Shown here: piece by piece, positions 30,884 through 41,273 of the stretch
Numbering within the stretch: position 1 is the first letter of the stretch
Layout: every line of letters begins with the position of its first letter
Assembly: GCA_945946655.1 (NCBI GenBank)
Contig: CAMEWM010000002.1
Coordinates: 48,927 to 112,926 of the forward strand
DNA: 64,000 nt
Source of the DNA: an uncultured Clostridium sp.
Lineage (GTDB): Bacteria > Bacillota > Clostridia > TANB77 > CAG-508
Direction of reading: 5' to 3'
Translations under genes and position numbers: made by a program
The notes under the pieces: generated by a model
Database searches by the model: none
Seen by the model: only the letters and a program-made list of their open reading frames with translations
Told to the model about the DNA's origin: nothing

Positions 30884-31571
30884 TAGTTTTTTTCCTTTCA
30901 CCTTTAATAATTTCTACCAATTCTCCAATATTTTTAGTTCCATATACTCTTGGAATTGATTCGTGGCTTAAATATTCTTCAGCTTCCATTCCTAGTCCTG
31001 TATCTCCAACAACATCATTTGTAAATATTGGATCTGGTATAGCATATATCATATTTGATTTATATCTTTCATAATCCATTCCTTTTCTCTCACAATTTGC
31101 TTGTCTCTCAGGATCTAGTATCTCATAATGTGTCTCTCCATCTTTTTCATACTCTGCAGCAACAACATAATGCAATAATCTTTTGTTACTTCCTGGTAAC
31201 TTAGATAACAAAGTATAACTTTTTATACCATACATCTCTAGTAACATTCTTACCGCTTCTGCACAACCTGCGCACATTGCTTCTCCTTTTACTAAAGCTC
31301 CATAAGCAGTTCTATAAACTAATTCATTTTTATCAAACGTTTCACTTCTTTCACAGAAAGCATCAAAATATGAACTTCTTAAATTAACATTATATTTGAT
31401 GTAATTTTGTACAATTGCTATTGCGTTTTCAGGATCAGTTTGATCCGTTATTTCCAATTGTCCAAATATTTGAGCCAATTTATTTACTAATTCTTTTAAT
31501 GTTTCTTTTGTATAAAATTCACTTCCGTGTACTGGTTCTTTAATTATATTTTTAATTCCTTCTATTTCCAT
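30846..31571 (-). CDS. Transglutaminase-like / papain-fold cysteine protein
   Basis: YGALVKGEAMCAGCAEAV (Cys), LLHYVV (His), ILDP (Asp); promoter TTGAAA-17-TAGAAT upstream. Confidence 0.75.
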   Translation of the reverse strand: MEIEGIKNIIKEPVHGSEFYTKETLKELVNKLAQIFGQLEITDQTDPENAIAIVQNYIKYNVNLRSSYFDAFCERSETFDKNELVYRTAYGALVKGEAMCAGCAEAVRMLLEMYGIKSYTLLSKLPGSNKRLLHYVVAAEYEKDGETHYEILDPERQANCERKGMDYERYKSNMIYAIPDPIFTNDVVGDTGLGMEAEEYLSHESIPRVYGTKNIGELVEIIKGERKKTNGEQESDEIDRG

Positions 31572-31733
31572 ATTAACTCCTATCTATATAATATTTGATA
31601 GTATTCTATCATAGTTATTACTTTTTTTCAACAGTTTTATGTTAACATTTGTTATAAAAGAAAAAAGTGCTTTACTTTCGTAAAACACTTCTTTCTTATC
31701 TTAAAGGAATTTATTTATGTTCAATTTATCTAT

Positions 31734-32438
31734 TTATATAGCCTCTTTATTTTCTTCTTCAGCAGGTTGCTCATCTTTTTTATCATCATCTTCTTGATTT
31801 ATTACTTCTAAGCTTCCAACTGAAACTTCATATGCAACTTTGTTTTCAACTGTTCCATCTTCATATTTCTTCTCATATTGTCTTGATTGAACTCTACCAA
31901 TAACCTTTACTTCTGTTCCGACTTCCATGTTCTCACAGAATCTAGCTGTTCTTCCCCATGCTATACATGGTATGTAATCTGATTTACTATATGCTCTATT
32001 TACTGCTAATAATATATCTGCTATCTCTCTACCAAATGGTGTTTGTCTGTAAATTGGTTTTTTACATATATAACCAATTAATGTAACTTCATTTGATACA
32101 AAATCTTTTCTTGCTTCAACTTCACTTTCTTGATCTTCTAACAATTCTACATTTTTAGCAAATACTGTCAATACTAATTTGTTTTTTCCTTCTCCATAAC
32201 TATTATAAGATCTAAATTGACCTTCAACTGTTATTTTTGTTCCAACTGGCAAATCCCCATCTACCATTAATCTTTCTGATATTGTAATTGGTATTATATC
32301 AGAATTTCCACTTAAACGTGGCACACTTAAGTCAAATATATAAAATTTCTCTCCATATATTTCATGACTAAACTTTTTTTCGCTTGTTACCTTACCCACT
32401 AATACAATGTGGTTATTCTCTGAATAAACTGTATCCAA
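31734..32438 (-). CDS. Two-OB-fold single-stranded DNA-binding protein
   Basis: Two tandem OB folds (NHIVLVGK..GQFRSYN; NEVTLIGYICK..GRVQSRQY) and an acidic tail; TTG start. Confidence 0.9.
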   Translation of the reverse strand: MDTVYSENNHIVLVGKVTSEKKFSHEIYGEKFYIFDLSVPRLSGNSDIIPITISERLMVDGDLPVGTKITVEGQFRSYNSYGEGKNKLVLTVFAKNVELLEDQESEVEARKDFVSNEVTLIGYICKKPIYRQTPFGREIADILLAVNRAYSKSDYIPCIAWGRTARFCENMEVGTEVKVIGRVQSRQYEKKYEDGTVENKVAYEVSVGSLEVINQEDDDKKDEQPAEEENKEAI

Positions 32439-32580
32439 CTTTAATTTCCTCCTCTTACTTTTTTAAAGTACTTGTATTTTTTATTTTTATCTAACCTACA
32501 ATACTTATTATACTACCATTTTTTGGTTTTGTCTACATAAAATGTTAATTTTTTTTTATTTTTTTATAGAAAATGCCTTA

Positions 32581-33051
32581 CTAACTAGCATATAAGCTAG
32601 TTAATGCAATAATTATCATGATATTATATACGTTAATATCCGATTTTATGTTTACTTTTATTTCTTGTGGTTCTATTTTTCTATTATAAATACTTGTTAT
32701 TGTGTGCTGTATACATATAAGTATTTGGTCATCTTCAACACTTGATACAGTTATATCGCTTTTAGAATTGTATCCATAGGAAATTATATTTGTCTTTAAG
32801 TTTTGCTCTATACCTGTATTTAAATCTAAATTTAATATAATATTTTTTGAATTTTCTAAGATTTTTTTTCTTATATCAACATTTTCTATGCTTCTATTTA
32901 AAATAAGAGTTTCTAATTTTATATTTTTTGTATTTTCAATGTTCTTATCTTTTATATACAAAATATCACAATTATTTACCATACTTTTTGTAATAACTTT
33001 ATTTAACTGTGCTTGACTCTTTGAATCAGTTATTATTTCAATAAAAGGCAT
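32581..33051 (-). CDS. Conserved hypothetical protein resembling a degenerate Mur-ligase central-domain fragment
   Basis: IILNLD, IISYGYNSKSDITVSS pattern; sits between pdaB-like and ssb genes. Confidence 0.55.
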   Translation of the reverse strand: MPFIEIITDSKSQAQLNKVITKSMVNNCDILYIKDKNIENTKNIKLETLILNRSIENVDIRKKILENSKNIILNLDLNTGIEQNLKTNIISYGYNSKSDITVSSVEDDQILICIQHTITSIYNRKIEPQEIKVNIKSDINVYNIMIIIALTSLYAS

Positions 33052-33081
33052 ATTTCTCTCCTTTATTAATTAACTTTAGTT

Positions 33082-33819
33082 CTATTTTTGTAATGTTATT
33101 AAATCACTTACAGTACATATCTCATATTCTTGCTTTTGAATATTGTTAATTATATTTTCAATACTATCAGCAGTATATTTACCAGTATTATGTAGCAGGA
33201 TAATACTCCCTGGTACTAGTCCTTCATTTATTCTCTCACACATTTCTTCACTATTTAAACCATTATAATCTAATGAATCCAAATTCCACTGTACTGTATA
33301 AAGATTCTGTTTTTTTGCTTCTTCAGCTATTGCATTACTACACTCTCCATATGGTGCTCTGAAAGTTTTGGGTTTTACATTTGTTAACTTTTCAATTTCT
33401 GCTGTACAATTAGCAATCTCTTCTTTTACTTCATCTGTCTTTTTGTTCTTTAAATTTATATAATGATATGAGAGGTTTCCAACTTCATTACCATTATTAA
33501 CAATTTTTTTTATTTTTTCTGGATATTTAGCAACAACTTCCCCTGTTACATAAAAAGTAGCTTTTGCTTTCATTTTAGATAAAGAATCGATTATACTTTC
33601 TATATTTTCTGCATTTTCACTACAATTTATACTAATTGCAACCTTTTTTATTTCTGTCTCTACCTTATATATTGGATGTGAACTTATAGCTTCTGCAGAT
33701 GTCTCTATTGTTGAATTCATCTTATTATTTACAAACATTGATACTGCTAATAACATTATTACTGTACCTATTGATATTAAATATGAATTTATTTTTCTTT
33801 TATTAAAAACAAAAAACAT
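33082..33819 (-). CDS. PdaB-like polysaccharide deacetylase (NodB) with degenerate catalytic motifs
   Basis: N-terminal TM; KATFYV, FRAPYG, DSLDY, ILLH retained; TFDD and HxxxH motifs altered; start set to ATG 33819. Confidence 0.8.
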   Translation of the reverse strand: MFFVFNKRKINSYLISIGTVIMLLAVSMFVNNKMNSTIETSAEAISSHPIYKVETEIKKVAISINCSENAENIESIIDSLSKMKAKATFYVTGEVVAKYPEKIKKIVNNGNEVGNLSYHYINLKNKKTDEVKEEIANCTAEIEKLTNVKPKTFRAPYGECSNAIAEEAKKQNLYTVQWNLDSLDYNGLNSEEMCERINEGLVPGSIILLHNTGKYTADSIENIINNIQKQEYEICTVSDLITLQK

Positions 33820-33909
33820 ATATATTCCTCCCAAATAACCGTATTTGTTAATCAATATATATGTTTAAAATTTACTTTTATTCCTATATTTATAGAAGTC
33901 ATAGTTTTC

Positions 33910-35490
33910 CTATGACTTCATTTTATTTTGAATATATTCAATCTCTTCTTGTGGATCTAATCTTAAGAATATTGGCTCTCCTTTTTCTATTACTTTAATG
34001 TTTTGTGTTATTCTTCCATATTCTTTAATCGAATCATATTCTTTGTATTTTGATTCATTTATTCCTAATTGACTTAATATCTTATTTGATGTATCTGTCA
34101 TTATTGGTTCTATTAATATTGCTACAATCCTTAAGTTTTCTACTAAATGGCTCATTACAGATTCTAACTTTTCTTTACTCTCTTCTTTCGCAAGAACCCA
34201 TGGTGCTGTTTCATCTATATATTTATTTGTCCTTGCAATTATTTCCCATATCGAGTCCATGGCATTTGAAAAATGTAGATTATCCATATTATCTTCATAT
34301 TCTTGTATTTTTTGTGCAACTGTTTCTTCTAAATCCTTATCGACATCATTTATTTGTCCTATATAATTTGGAACATTGCCTTCAAAGTATTTATTTATCA
34401 TCCCTATTGTTCTATTTAAAAGATTGCCTAAATCATTACATAAATCGAAGTTGTATCTGTTTACAAAATCTTCTGGTGTAAAAATAGCATCTTGACCAAA
34501 CGGAAATTCTTTCAATAGAAAATACCTCGTAGGATCTAATCCATATCTCTCTACTAACATTTCGGGATATACTACATTTCCTTTTGATTTAGACATTTTT
34601 CCATCTTTCATCATTAAAAATCCATGAGCATATAGTTTTTTAGGTAATGGTAAATCTAATGCCATTAAGAATATCGGCCAATAAATTCCATGAAATCTAA
34701 TTATATCTTTACCAACTATTTGAAGATCTGCAGGCCAATATTTTTTAAATAGGGTATCATCATCAGACATATATCCTAATGCTGTTAAATAGTTTGTTAA
34801 AGCATCTAACCATACATATATTACGTGTTTAGGATCTTTTGGTACTTTTATTCCCCAATCAAAAGTAGTTCTTGTGACACATAAATCTTCTAATCCAGGC
34901 TTTATAAAATTATTAAATAATTCATTCTTTCTTGACTCTGGCTGTATAAAATCTGGATTTTCTTCATAGAATTTTTCTAGTCTTTTTTGGTATTTTTTCA
35001 TATTGAAGAAATATGCTTCTTCTTTCATTTTTTTAACTTCTCTACCACAATCAGGACATTTACCATCTACTAGTTGCGTTTCTGTAAAGTATGTTTCACA
35101 TGGCATACAATACCATCCTTCATATTCCCCTTTGTAAATATCACCTTGTTCCATGAATCTGTCGAATATTTTTTCTACAATTTTAGTATGTCTTTCTTCA
35201 GTAGTTCTTATAAAATCATCATATTGTACATCCATTAGTTTCCATAAAGTTTTAGCTTGTTCTGCAATGTCGTCAACATGTTGTTGTGGAGTTAGTCCTC
35301 TTTTTATAGCAACTTGTTCAACTTTTTGTCCATGTTCATCAAGTCCTGTTAACATTCGTGCATCATATCCTCTTTGCTGTTTATATTTCTTTACAGTGTC
35401 TGCAAGCACAGTCGTATAAGCAGTTCCTAAATGAAACTTACCACTTGGATAATAAATAGGTGTTGTAACAAAAAATGTTTTATTTTCCAT
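33910..35490 (-). CDS. metG: Methionine-tRNA ligase (short form, no C-terminal tRNA-binding domain)
   Basis: TTPIYYPSG.FHLG, LTGLDEHGQK, YVWLDAL, GKDIIRFH, KMSKSKGN; start set to ATG 35490. Confidence 0.97.
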   Translation of the reverse strand: MENKTFFVTTPIYYPSGKFHLGTAYTTVLADTVKKYKQQRGYDARMLTGLDEHGQKVEQVAIKRGLTPQQHVDDIAEQAKTLWKLMDVQYDDFIRTTEERHTKIVEKIFDRFMEQGDIYKGEYEGWYCMPCETYFTETQLVDGKCPDCGREVKKMKEEAYFFNMKKYQKRLEKFYEENPDFIQPESRKNELFNNFIKPGLEDLCVTRTTFDWGIKVPKDPKHVIYVWLDALTNYLTALGYMSDDDTLFKKYWPADLQIVGKDIIRFHGIYWPIFLMALDLPLPKKLYAHGFLMMKDGKMSKSKGNVVYPEMLVERYGLDPTRYFLLKEFPFGQDAIFTPEDFVNRYNFDLCNDLGNLLNRTIGMINKYFEGNVPNYIGQINDVDKDLEETVAQKIQEYEDNMDNLHFSNAMDSIWEIIARTNKYIDETAPWVLAKEESKEKLESVMSHLVENLRIVAILIEPIMTDTSNKILSQLGINESKYKEYDSIKEYGRITQNIKVIEKGEPIFLRLDPQEEIEYIQNKMKS

Positions 35491-35631
35491 AATCTCTCCT
35501 CCTTTACATGTTATTATGAATAATATTTTAACAACTTTTTTTGCTTTTTTCAATAGTTTTAACTACATTAACATATATCATTAATAAAAAAATAGGATGT
35601 CTATATTAGACATCCTATAAATTTTATATTA

Positions 35632-35895
35632 TTATTTTTTCTCTTCTTTTTTTTCTGCTTTAGTTGACTTTGGCATTTCTAAGTCATTAGCAATTATATT
35701 TGCTTTTCCAATAACCATTATTAATCCTATAAATAATAAGATTATTCCAACTATTACTAACATTATAGATGTTACTATATTATCTCCTATAACGCTACTT
35801 TGTATACCTGCAAATAACATACTAACACCAATTATTGCCATTAGTATCCAGAATACCCATACTATTGTCTTTACTTCTTCTTTTTTCTTAGCCAT
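35632..35895 (-). CDS. Small two-TM membrane protein
   Basis: GGAGG RBS, two hydrophobic segments, terminator hairpin at 35592-35618. Confidence 0.75.
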   Translation of the reverse strand: MAKKKEEVKTIVWVFWILMAIIGVSMLFAGIQSSVIGDNIVTSIMLVIVGIILLFIGLIMVIGKANIIANDLEMPKSTKAEKKEEKK

Positions 35896-35963
35896 TTATT
35901 ATTCCTCCTTCGTTAATTCTTTTTACATTATATTTAATAAAAATATAAAAGTCAATATTGTAT

Positions 35964-36725
35964 TTATATTTCTCTACACTTTATTATTAATCTTTTAGTT
36001 CCATATTCTTTACATGTTATTAAAGTTATTTCTCTTTTTCCATTCGTTAACTGACTAGTACAGCTAACATCTGTAGGATCTACTATATATTTATTATATG
36101 CTTCATATGTAACTGATTTCCCTGTAGCCATATCTTGTAATATGGCAGTGTCTCCTATTTCCATTTGTGATAGCTTTCCAAATAATTTTCCATTTGCATA
36201 ATTATGTCCTACTATACAATAATTTCCAACTTGATTAGCACCATGCCCCCAATATTTATTTAGTGATATTTTTAATAATTCTTCTGATGTTTCAGAAAGA
36301 ACCGGATAATCTATTCCTAAGCTTGGAATTGTAAGCCTTGAATCTATTTGATAAGATTCCCCATTATCTGCTGTGTATGTTTCGCCATCACTTGTCTTTT
36401 CCTGTTGATCAGGTATATTTTCCTCTTGCATTGGTTCTTGCATATGTTCTGATTCATTTTCATCTAAAGCCACTATTATTACATCATTTATTATATTTTT
36501 AGTAGTTGTATCGTTTACTGTATTATTTTCTTTATTCTCTAATTGTCCTAAAAGTTTATGCGCTACTTCTTCGCTCTTATTTCTATCATTTTCTGCATAT
36601 ATATAATATGAACATAAAATGCAAATTAAGAAAACGGATAAAAAGAATCTTATTTTGTACATTCTTTTTTTTCGTTTTATTTCTGGTGTAATATATAATT
36701 TTTCTGTAACTAAAATTTGATTCAT
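35964..36725 (-). CDS. Sortase (class D-like)
   Basis: N-terminal TM; GNYCIVGHN (His), LITC (Cys), downstream Arg (KRLII). Confidence 0.9.
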   Translation of the reverse strand: MNQILVTEKLYITPEIKRKKRMYKIRFFLSVFLICILCSYYIYAENDRNKSEEVAHKLLGQLENKENNTVNDTTTKNIINDVIIVALDENESEHMQEPMQEENIPDQQEKTSDGETYTADNGESYQIDSRLTIPSLGIDYPVLSETSEELLKISLNKYWGHGANQVGNYCIVGHNYANGKLFGKLSQMEIGDTAILQDMATGKSVTYEAYNKYIVDPTDVSCTSQLTNGKREITLITCKEYGTKRLIIKCREI

Positions 36726-36794
36726 ACTTATCCTTTCCTAGTATTTGATAATCCATAAAAATATTATATCATCTTTTAGAAGATTTTTAAAGTG

Positions 36795-37664
36795 CTAAAT
36801 TTTAAAATCGTATATATAATCTGCAATTTTCCCAAATTGTTCTAATGTTAAGCTTTCTCCTCTTATATTATTGTTTAAACCTAATACATTCCACATTTCT
36901 TCTATTTTTGATTTATCGTGTATAACCTGATTATTTATTAGTGCATTTGATAATGTTTTTCTACGTTGCATAAAACTTTTTTGTATTATGTTAAACAATA
37001 ATTTTTCGTCTTTCACTATTATTTGAGGTTGCTGCCTTACCTTTAGTCTAATTACCTCTGATTCAACTTTTGGACTTGGTATGAATGACTCTTTCGGTAC
37101 CTCTATTATACTTTCCGCTTGTGCATAATATTCTACTGCATATGTTATAGCTCCTGCAGTTCGTGAACCAGTTTTTGCGGTTAGCCTTTCCGCCACTTCT
37201 TTTTGTACCATTACTATTATTTCATCTATAGACAATCTATTTTCAAGTAATTTCATGATTATTGGTGTACTAATATAATATGGCAAATTAGCAACTATTT
37301 TAACATGTTTTATGTTAGGCTTTTTTTCTTCTATCATTTTTTCTAAGTCTACTTTTAAAATGTCATCATTTATAATCTCTAATTGTTTGTTATCTATATT
37401 ATTAGCAAACCTATCTTGTAATATATTTACCATCCTTTTGTCTAGTTCCACAGCTATTATGTATTTGGCTTCTTGTAATAGTCTATTAGTTAATACCCCT
37501 AAACCTGGTCCTATTTCTATTATCAAATCTTCTTTGCTTATTCTTGAGCTATTTATGATTTCTTCAACCACATTATCATCTATTAAGAAGTTTTGTCCTA
37601 AACTTTTATTTGCTTGAATTTTGTATTTATGCAATATATATTGCGTTTCTTCATATACATTCAT
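36795..37664 (-). CDS. rsmA: 16S rRNA adenine dimethyltransferase KsgA/RsmA
   Basis: KSLGQNFL, IEIGPGLG, VANLPYYISTP, MVQKEVAER. Confidence 0.97.
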   Translation of the reverse strand: MNVYEETQYILHKYKIQANKSLGQNFLIDDNVVEEIINSSRISKEDLIIEIGPGLGVLTNRLLQEAKYIIAVELDKRMVNILQDRFANNIDNKQLEIINDDILKVDLEKMIEEKKPNIKHVKIVANLPYYISTPIIMKLLENRLSIDEIIVMVQKEVAERLTAKTGSRTAGAITYAVEYYAQAESIIEVPKESFIPSPKVESEVIRLKVRQQPQIIVKDEKLLFNIIQKSFMQRRKTLSNALINNQVIHDKSKIEEMWNVLGLNNNIRGESLTLEQFGKIADYIYDFKI

Positions 37665-37679
37665 TCTCTTTTCTCCATT

Positions 37680-38603
37680 TTATAATAAAGTTGCTCCGAT
37701 GATTCCAGCATCATTTCCTGATTGTGCCGCTAATATTTTAGGCGGATTTTCTTTGTTAAACAAATATTCTCCACTATAAATTTTTTCTCTTAATCTATTA
37801 AATATTAAATTTTCATAATGTGACATACTTCCACCTATGCTTATTGCTTCCGGCTCTAGTATATTAATTATGTTAGATATTCCTATTGCAAGATTGTCTA
37901 CATATTCTTCAAGTAATTTCGTTACTTGTTCATTTTTCATATTTTCATTTATGATTTTAGTTAATTCGCTAGCACCAATATATTCATTTATTCCTAATAT
38001 TTTTTGCATCTGGTCTTTAAACTTTCTTTTTGAGCAATATGCTTCAAAACATCCATTATTTCCGCAATTGCATCTTTCTCCATCTTTTTTTATTATCATA
38101 TGTCCAAATTCAAATCCAGAATTTCTTTTTGGTTTCAAAAATTTTCCATTCAAAAATGCAGCTCCACCTATTCCAGTTCCAATACATAAAAATACACAGT
38201 CATCATATTCTTTCAATGAACCATTAAATTTTTCTGCTAAAGCAGCACACTTTCCATCATTCTCTAATTTAATATTTATATTTAAAGTATTACCACCTAG
38301 AGCTTCTGTTAGTTTATTTGCAATGTCAAACTCTTTTATTCCTAAATTAACCACATTTCTTATACATCCATCTTTTGGGTTTCCTGGGGTGGCAATTCCA
38401 ATACTATCAATCTGACTTAATCTGTATCCTGTACTATCAAGTATTTCGTTCACTCCATGCACAATAGAGCTTAATATATAATTTTCTAAAGTTCCAGTTC
38501 CTTTATCATTCATATAATAAGTTCTTTTCTCTATAATTTCATGATTGTCATCTACTAGCCCTATAGCAACATGACTTCCACCTAAATCTATTCCTATTTT
38601 CAT
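37680..38603 (-). CDS. ROK-family sugar kinase
   Basis: GIDLGGS, ENDGKCAALAE, GTGIGG, EFGH, CNCGNNGCFE. Confidence 0.92.
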   Translation of the reverse strand: MKIGIDLGGSHVAIGLVDDNHEIIEKRTYYMNDKGTGTLENYILSSIVHGVNEILDSTGYRLSQIDSIGIATPGNPKDGCIRNVVNLGIKEFDIANKLTEALGGNTLNINIKLENDGKCAALAEKFNGSLKEYDDCVFLCIGTGIGGAAFLNGKFLKPKRNSGFEFGHMIIKKDGERCNCGNNGCFEAYCSKRKFKDQMQKILGINEYIGASELTKIINENMKNEQVTKLLEEYVDNLAIGISNIINILEPEAISIGGSMSHYENLIFNRLREKIYSGEYLFNKENPPKILAAQSGNDAGIIGATLL

Positions 38604-38736
38604 AATTTGCTCCTAATATTTTTTCTTATATACTATCATATATAAGAAAAAAAATAAAGAGATATGATTATCTCTTTATCTTAATCTTATTATATCAAAA
38701 AACTGATACTTGTTTTATTCTAAATATAAAATTTAA

Positions 38737-40092
38737 TTATACTCCAGCTGCAGAGAATAAGAAGTTACCCATATAAACTTGGATACAAGGTACAAGAACT
38801 ACTAAAACAACAAATATTAATAGAATACCAACTATCGAATAAACAACCTGTGGTAACACAGCCATTATCTTGTCCATAGTATTTTTTATATCTATGTCCA
38901 TATATTCTAGTAATTTTTCCATCATTTCAGATAAATCAGTTTGCATACCTACTTTAAGCATTTCTGTAATCATGGTAGAGCCTAGTCCGGCTTTTTCAAA
39001 AGGTTCAATCCAAGAATTACCAACCAATATGTTATTTATGGATGTCTCAACCATTGCTCGCATAACATAGTTGTTAACAACATTTTTACTTACCTCTAAA
39101 GCATCCTGAATTCTCATTCCATTTTCTATATTTAGTAACATAGCTCTCATTAATCTTGAAAAATCCATTGAATAAAATAGCTTTCCAAATATCGGCATGG
39201 TATATTTAAAGTAATCAAAATTATACTTTCCTTTTGGAGTATTTATATAAGAAACTATTAAAGCAGCTATTATAGCTATTATGCCAACTGGTACATACCA
39301 GTGGTCTGCAATCCATTGTATTACATTTGAAAAGGCTATAGTTATAGCTGGTAGTGTATCTTCTGTTCCAACTTCATCATATACTGCTTGAATTGTAGGA
39401 ACAGTATATAAACTTCCTATAAATAATAATACTATCAAAGCAACTAATTGTATTAAATTTGGGATTATTATTCCTTTTAATTTTTTTATTGTATCTGTAT
39501 TACTATCTAAGTATTTAACAGCTTGCTGTAATGATTGTGTCAAAGATCCTGATAATTCACCAACTTTAATCATGTTTATATATATATACGGAAAAACATT
39601 TGAATAATATTCCATTGTTGTATACATATATTCTCCAGCTTCTAGCCCAGCTAAAATATCTTCTAATATTCCTCTAAAAGTTAGGTTTTCAGTGCTCTGT
39701 ATGATTGTGCTCAAAGCATGTATATTATTAAAATCTGCTTTTTTTAGTAAATAAAAATTTTGTGTAAAAACCATTATATCTCTTGTCGTAATTTTCTCTT
39801 GTTTTGATATGGCTAAATTAATTTTTTCTGTAACACTTTGCTTTTTTCTTCCTCTTCCTTGTACTATACTTGAGGAATTCGCATTTTTTAACATTTCATC
39901 AATATCTGTTACATTTTTTCTTTTTGTATTAACTTTTTTACTTTTTCTTCCATATCCTACTTGTACTATATCTATAGGTAATAAGTTTCCATCTTTTAGT
40001 CTTTTAACTAAATTTTGTTTACTTGCACTCTCTACTTTATTTTTTACTATTACGCCTTCTTTAGTAATAGCCCTATATACATATTCCGGCAT
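38737..40092 (-). CDS. pilC: Type IV pilus/T2SS platform protein (PilC/GspF family)
   Basis: YVYRAIT, two T2SSF-like cytoplasmic domains, MIKVGELSG, three TM regions. Confidence 0.9.
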   Translation of the reverse strand: MPEYVYRAITKEGVIVKNKVESASKQNLVKRLKDGNLLPIDIVQVGYGRKSKKVNTKRKNVTDIDEMLKNANSSSIVQGRGRKKQSVTEKINLAISKQEKITTRDIMVFTQNFYLLKKADFNNIHALSTIIQSTENLTFRGILEDILAGLEAGEYMYTTMEYYSNVFPYIYINMIKVGELSGSLTQSLQQAVKYLDSNTDTIKKLKGIIIPNLIQLVALIVLLFIGSLYTVPTIQAVYDEVGTEDTLPAITIAFSNVIQWIADHWYVPVGIIAIIAALIVSYINTPKGKYNFDYFKYTMPIFGKLFYSMDFSRLMRAMLLNIENGMRIQDALEVSKNVVNNYVMRAMVETSINNILVGNSWIEPFEKAGLGSTMITEMLKVGMQTDLSEMMEKLLEYMDIDIKNTMDKIMAVLPQVVYSIVGILLIFVVLVVLVPCIQVYMGNFLFSAAGV

Positions 40093-40116
40093 TTTTTCCT
40101 CCTATCTTTCAAGACT

Positions 40117-41238
40117 TTAATATCCTAAATGATTATCGTTGTTACCTTTTTTGATTTTCATCTGCATTATTGTTCTATTTAATGTTTCTATATTTTTTTC
40201 TTCTATTTGTGATTTTGCTTGTTCTAGGGTTATAACATCATCAACAAATAATTTTGCAATAGAGTTTATAAGCCCTATACTTCCGTTGGCAGAAGCACTT
40301 TGTATAGCATCTTCAACTTCAGATACGCTAAATTTTTCTTTTCTTATTAATCCTTGAACAATATTATCTACTACCATAACCTCTGGTAATAAAACTAACT
40401 TTCCATCTTTCCCTCTTATTAATCTTTGTGATGTAACTAATTTTAATAGTGAAGCTATCATATATTTAATACTTTGTTGATCTGAGATATCATAGAAATT
40501 TATCATTCTATCTATGGTCTCTGCACAAGATTTAGTATGAAGTGTACCTATTACTAAGTGTCCTGCTTCTGCAGTTTCTATAGCTGCATCCATAGTTTCT
40601 CTATCACGAATCTCTCCTATTACTAAGATATCGCAATCCTCTCTTAAACAGTTCTTAACACCATCTTTATATCTAAGTACATCTTGTCCAACTCCAACTT
40701 CTTTTTGTACTATTATAGACTTTTTAGATGTATGTTTGTATTCTATTGGGCTCTCAAGAGTTAATATCTTTTTATTCTGATTTTCGTTGATATCATTTAT
40801 TAATGCATTTAAAGTTGTTGTTTTACCAGAGTTTGTTTTTCCTGTTACTAATACTAAACCTTGTGGTTGATACATCATTCTTCTTACAATGTCTGGTACT
40901 CCTAATTCTTCAAATGTTGGCAATGTATTTTTTATAATTCTTAATGTAAATACAGGTACTTCATTTGATAATGATATATTCACCCTGAAACGTAATCCTG
41001 CAAACTCAAATGAAGAATCAAGTTTTTTAGTCTCTTTGAATACATTATCCTTTTCAACATTTCCTCTTATAAAATAATCATAGATATCAGCCATGTCTTC
41101 TACTGTTAAAGCATCACAACCATCATAAGGTAATAAATTTCTTGCAATTCTTAGCATTGGCTTTATTCCACTTATTAAATGAATATCTGATGCGTCTTTA
41201 TCTATTGCTGATTTTAAAATATTCTCTACATCTACCAT
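40117..41238 (-). CDS. pilT: Type IV pilus retraction ATPase (PilT/PilU family)
   Basis: ASDIHL, TGKTNSGKTTT, ILTLESPIEY, LREDCDILVIGEIRD, AEAGHLVIGTLHT. Confidence 0.88.
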   Translation of the reverse strand: MVDVENILKSAIDKDASDIHLISGIKPMLRIARNLLPYDGCDALTVEDMADIYDYFIRGNVEKDNVFKETKKLDSSFEFAGLRFRVNISLSNEVPVFTLRIIKNTLPTFEELGVPDIVRRMMYQPQGLVLVTGKTNSGKTTTLNALINDINENQNKKILTLESPIEYKHTSKKSIIVQKEVGVGQDVLRYKDGVKNCLREDCDILVIGEIRDRETMDAAIETAEAGHLVIGTLHTKSCAETIDRMINFYDISDQQSIKYMIASLLKLVTSQRLIRGKDGKLVLLPEVMVVDNIVQGLIRKEKFSVSEVEDAIQSASANGSIGLINSIAKLFVDDVITLEQAKSQIEEKNIETLNRTIMQMKIKKGNNDNHLGY

Positions 41239-41273
41239 GTTATTCTCCTTCTTTGGTATATTACCAGTTAAAT

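Noticed and set aside
35490-35620. T-box or SAM riboswitch upstream of metG (and T-box for proS)
   Set aside because: The leaders are too short and lack T-box or S-box consensus; the nearby hairpin is the upstream gene's terminator
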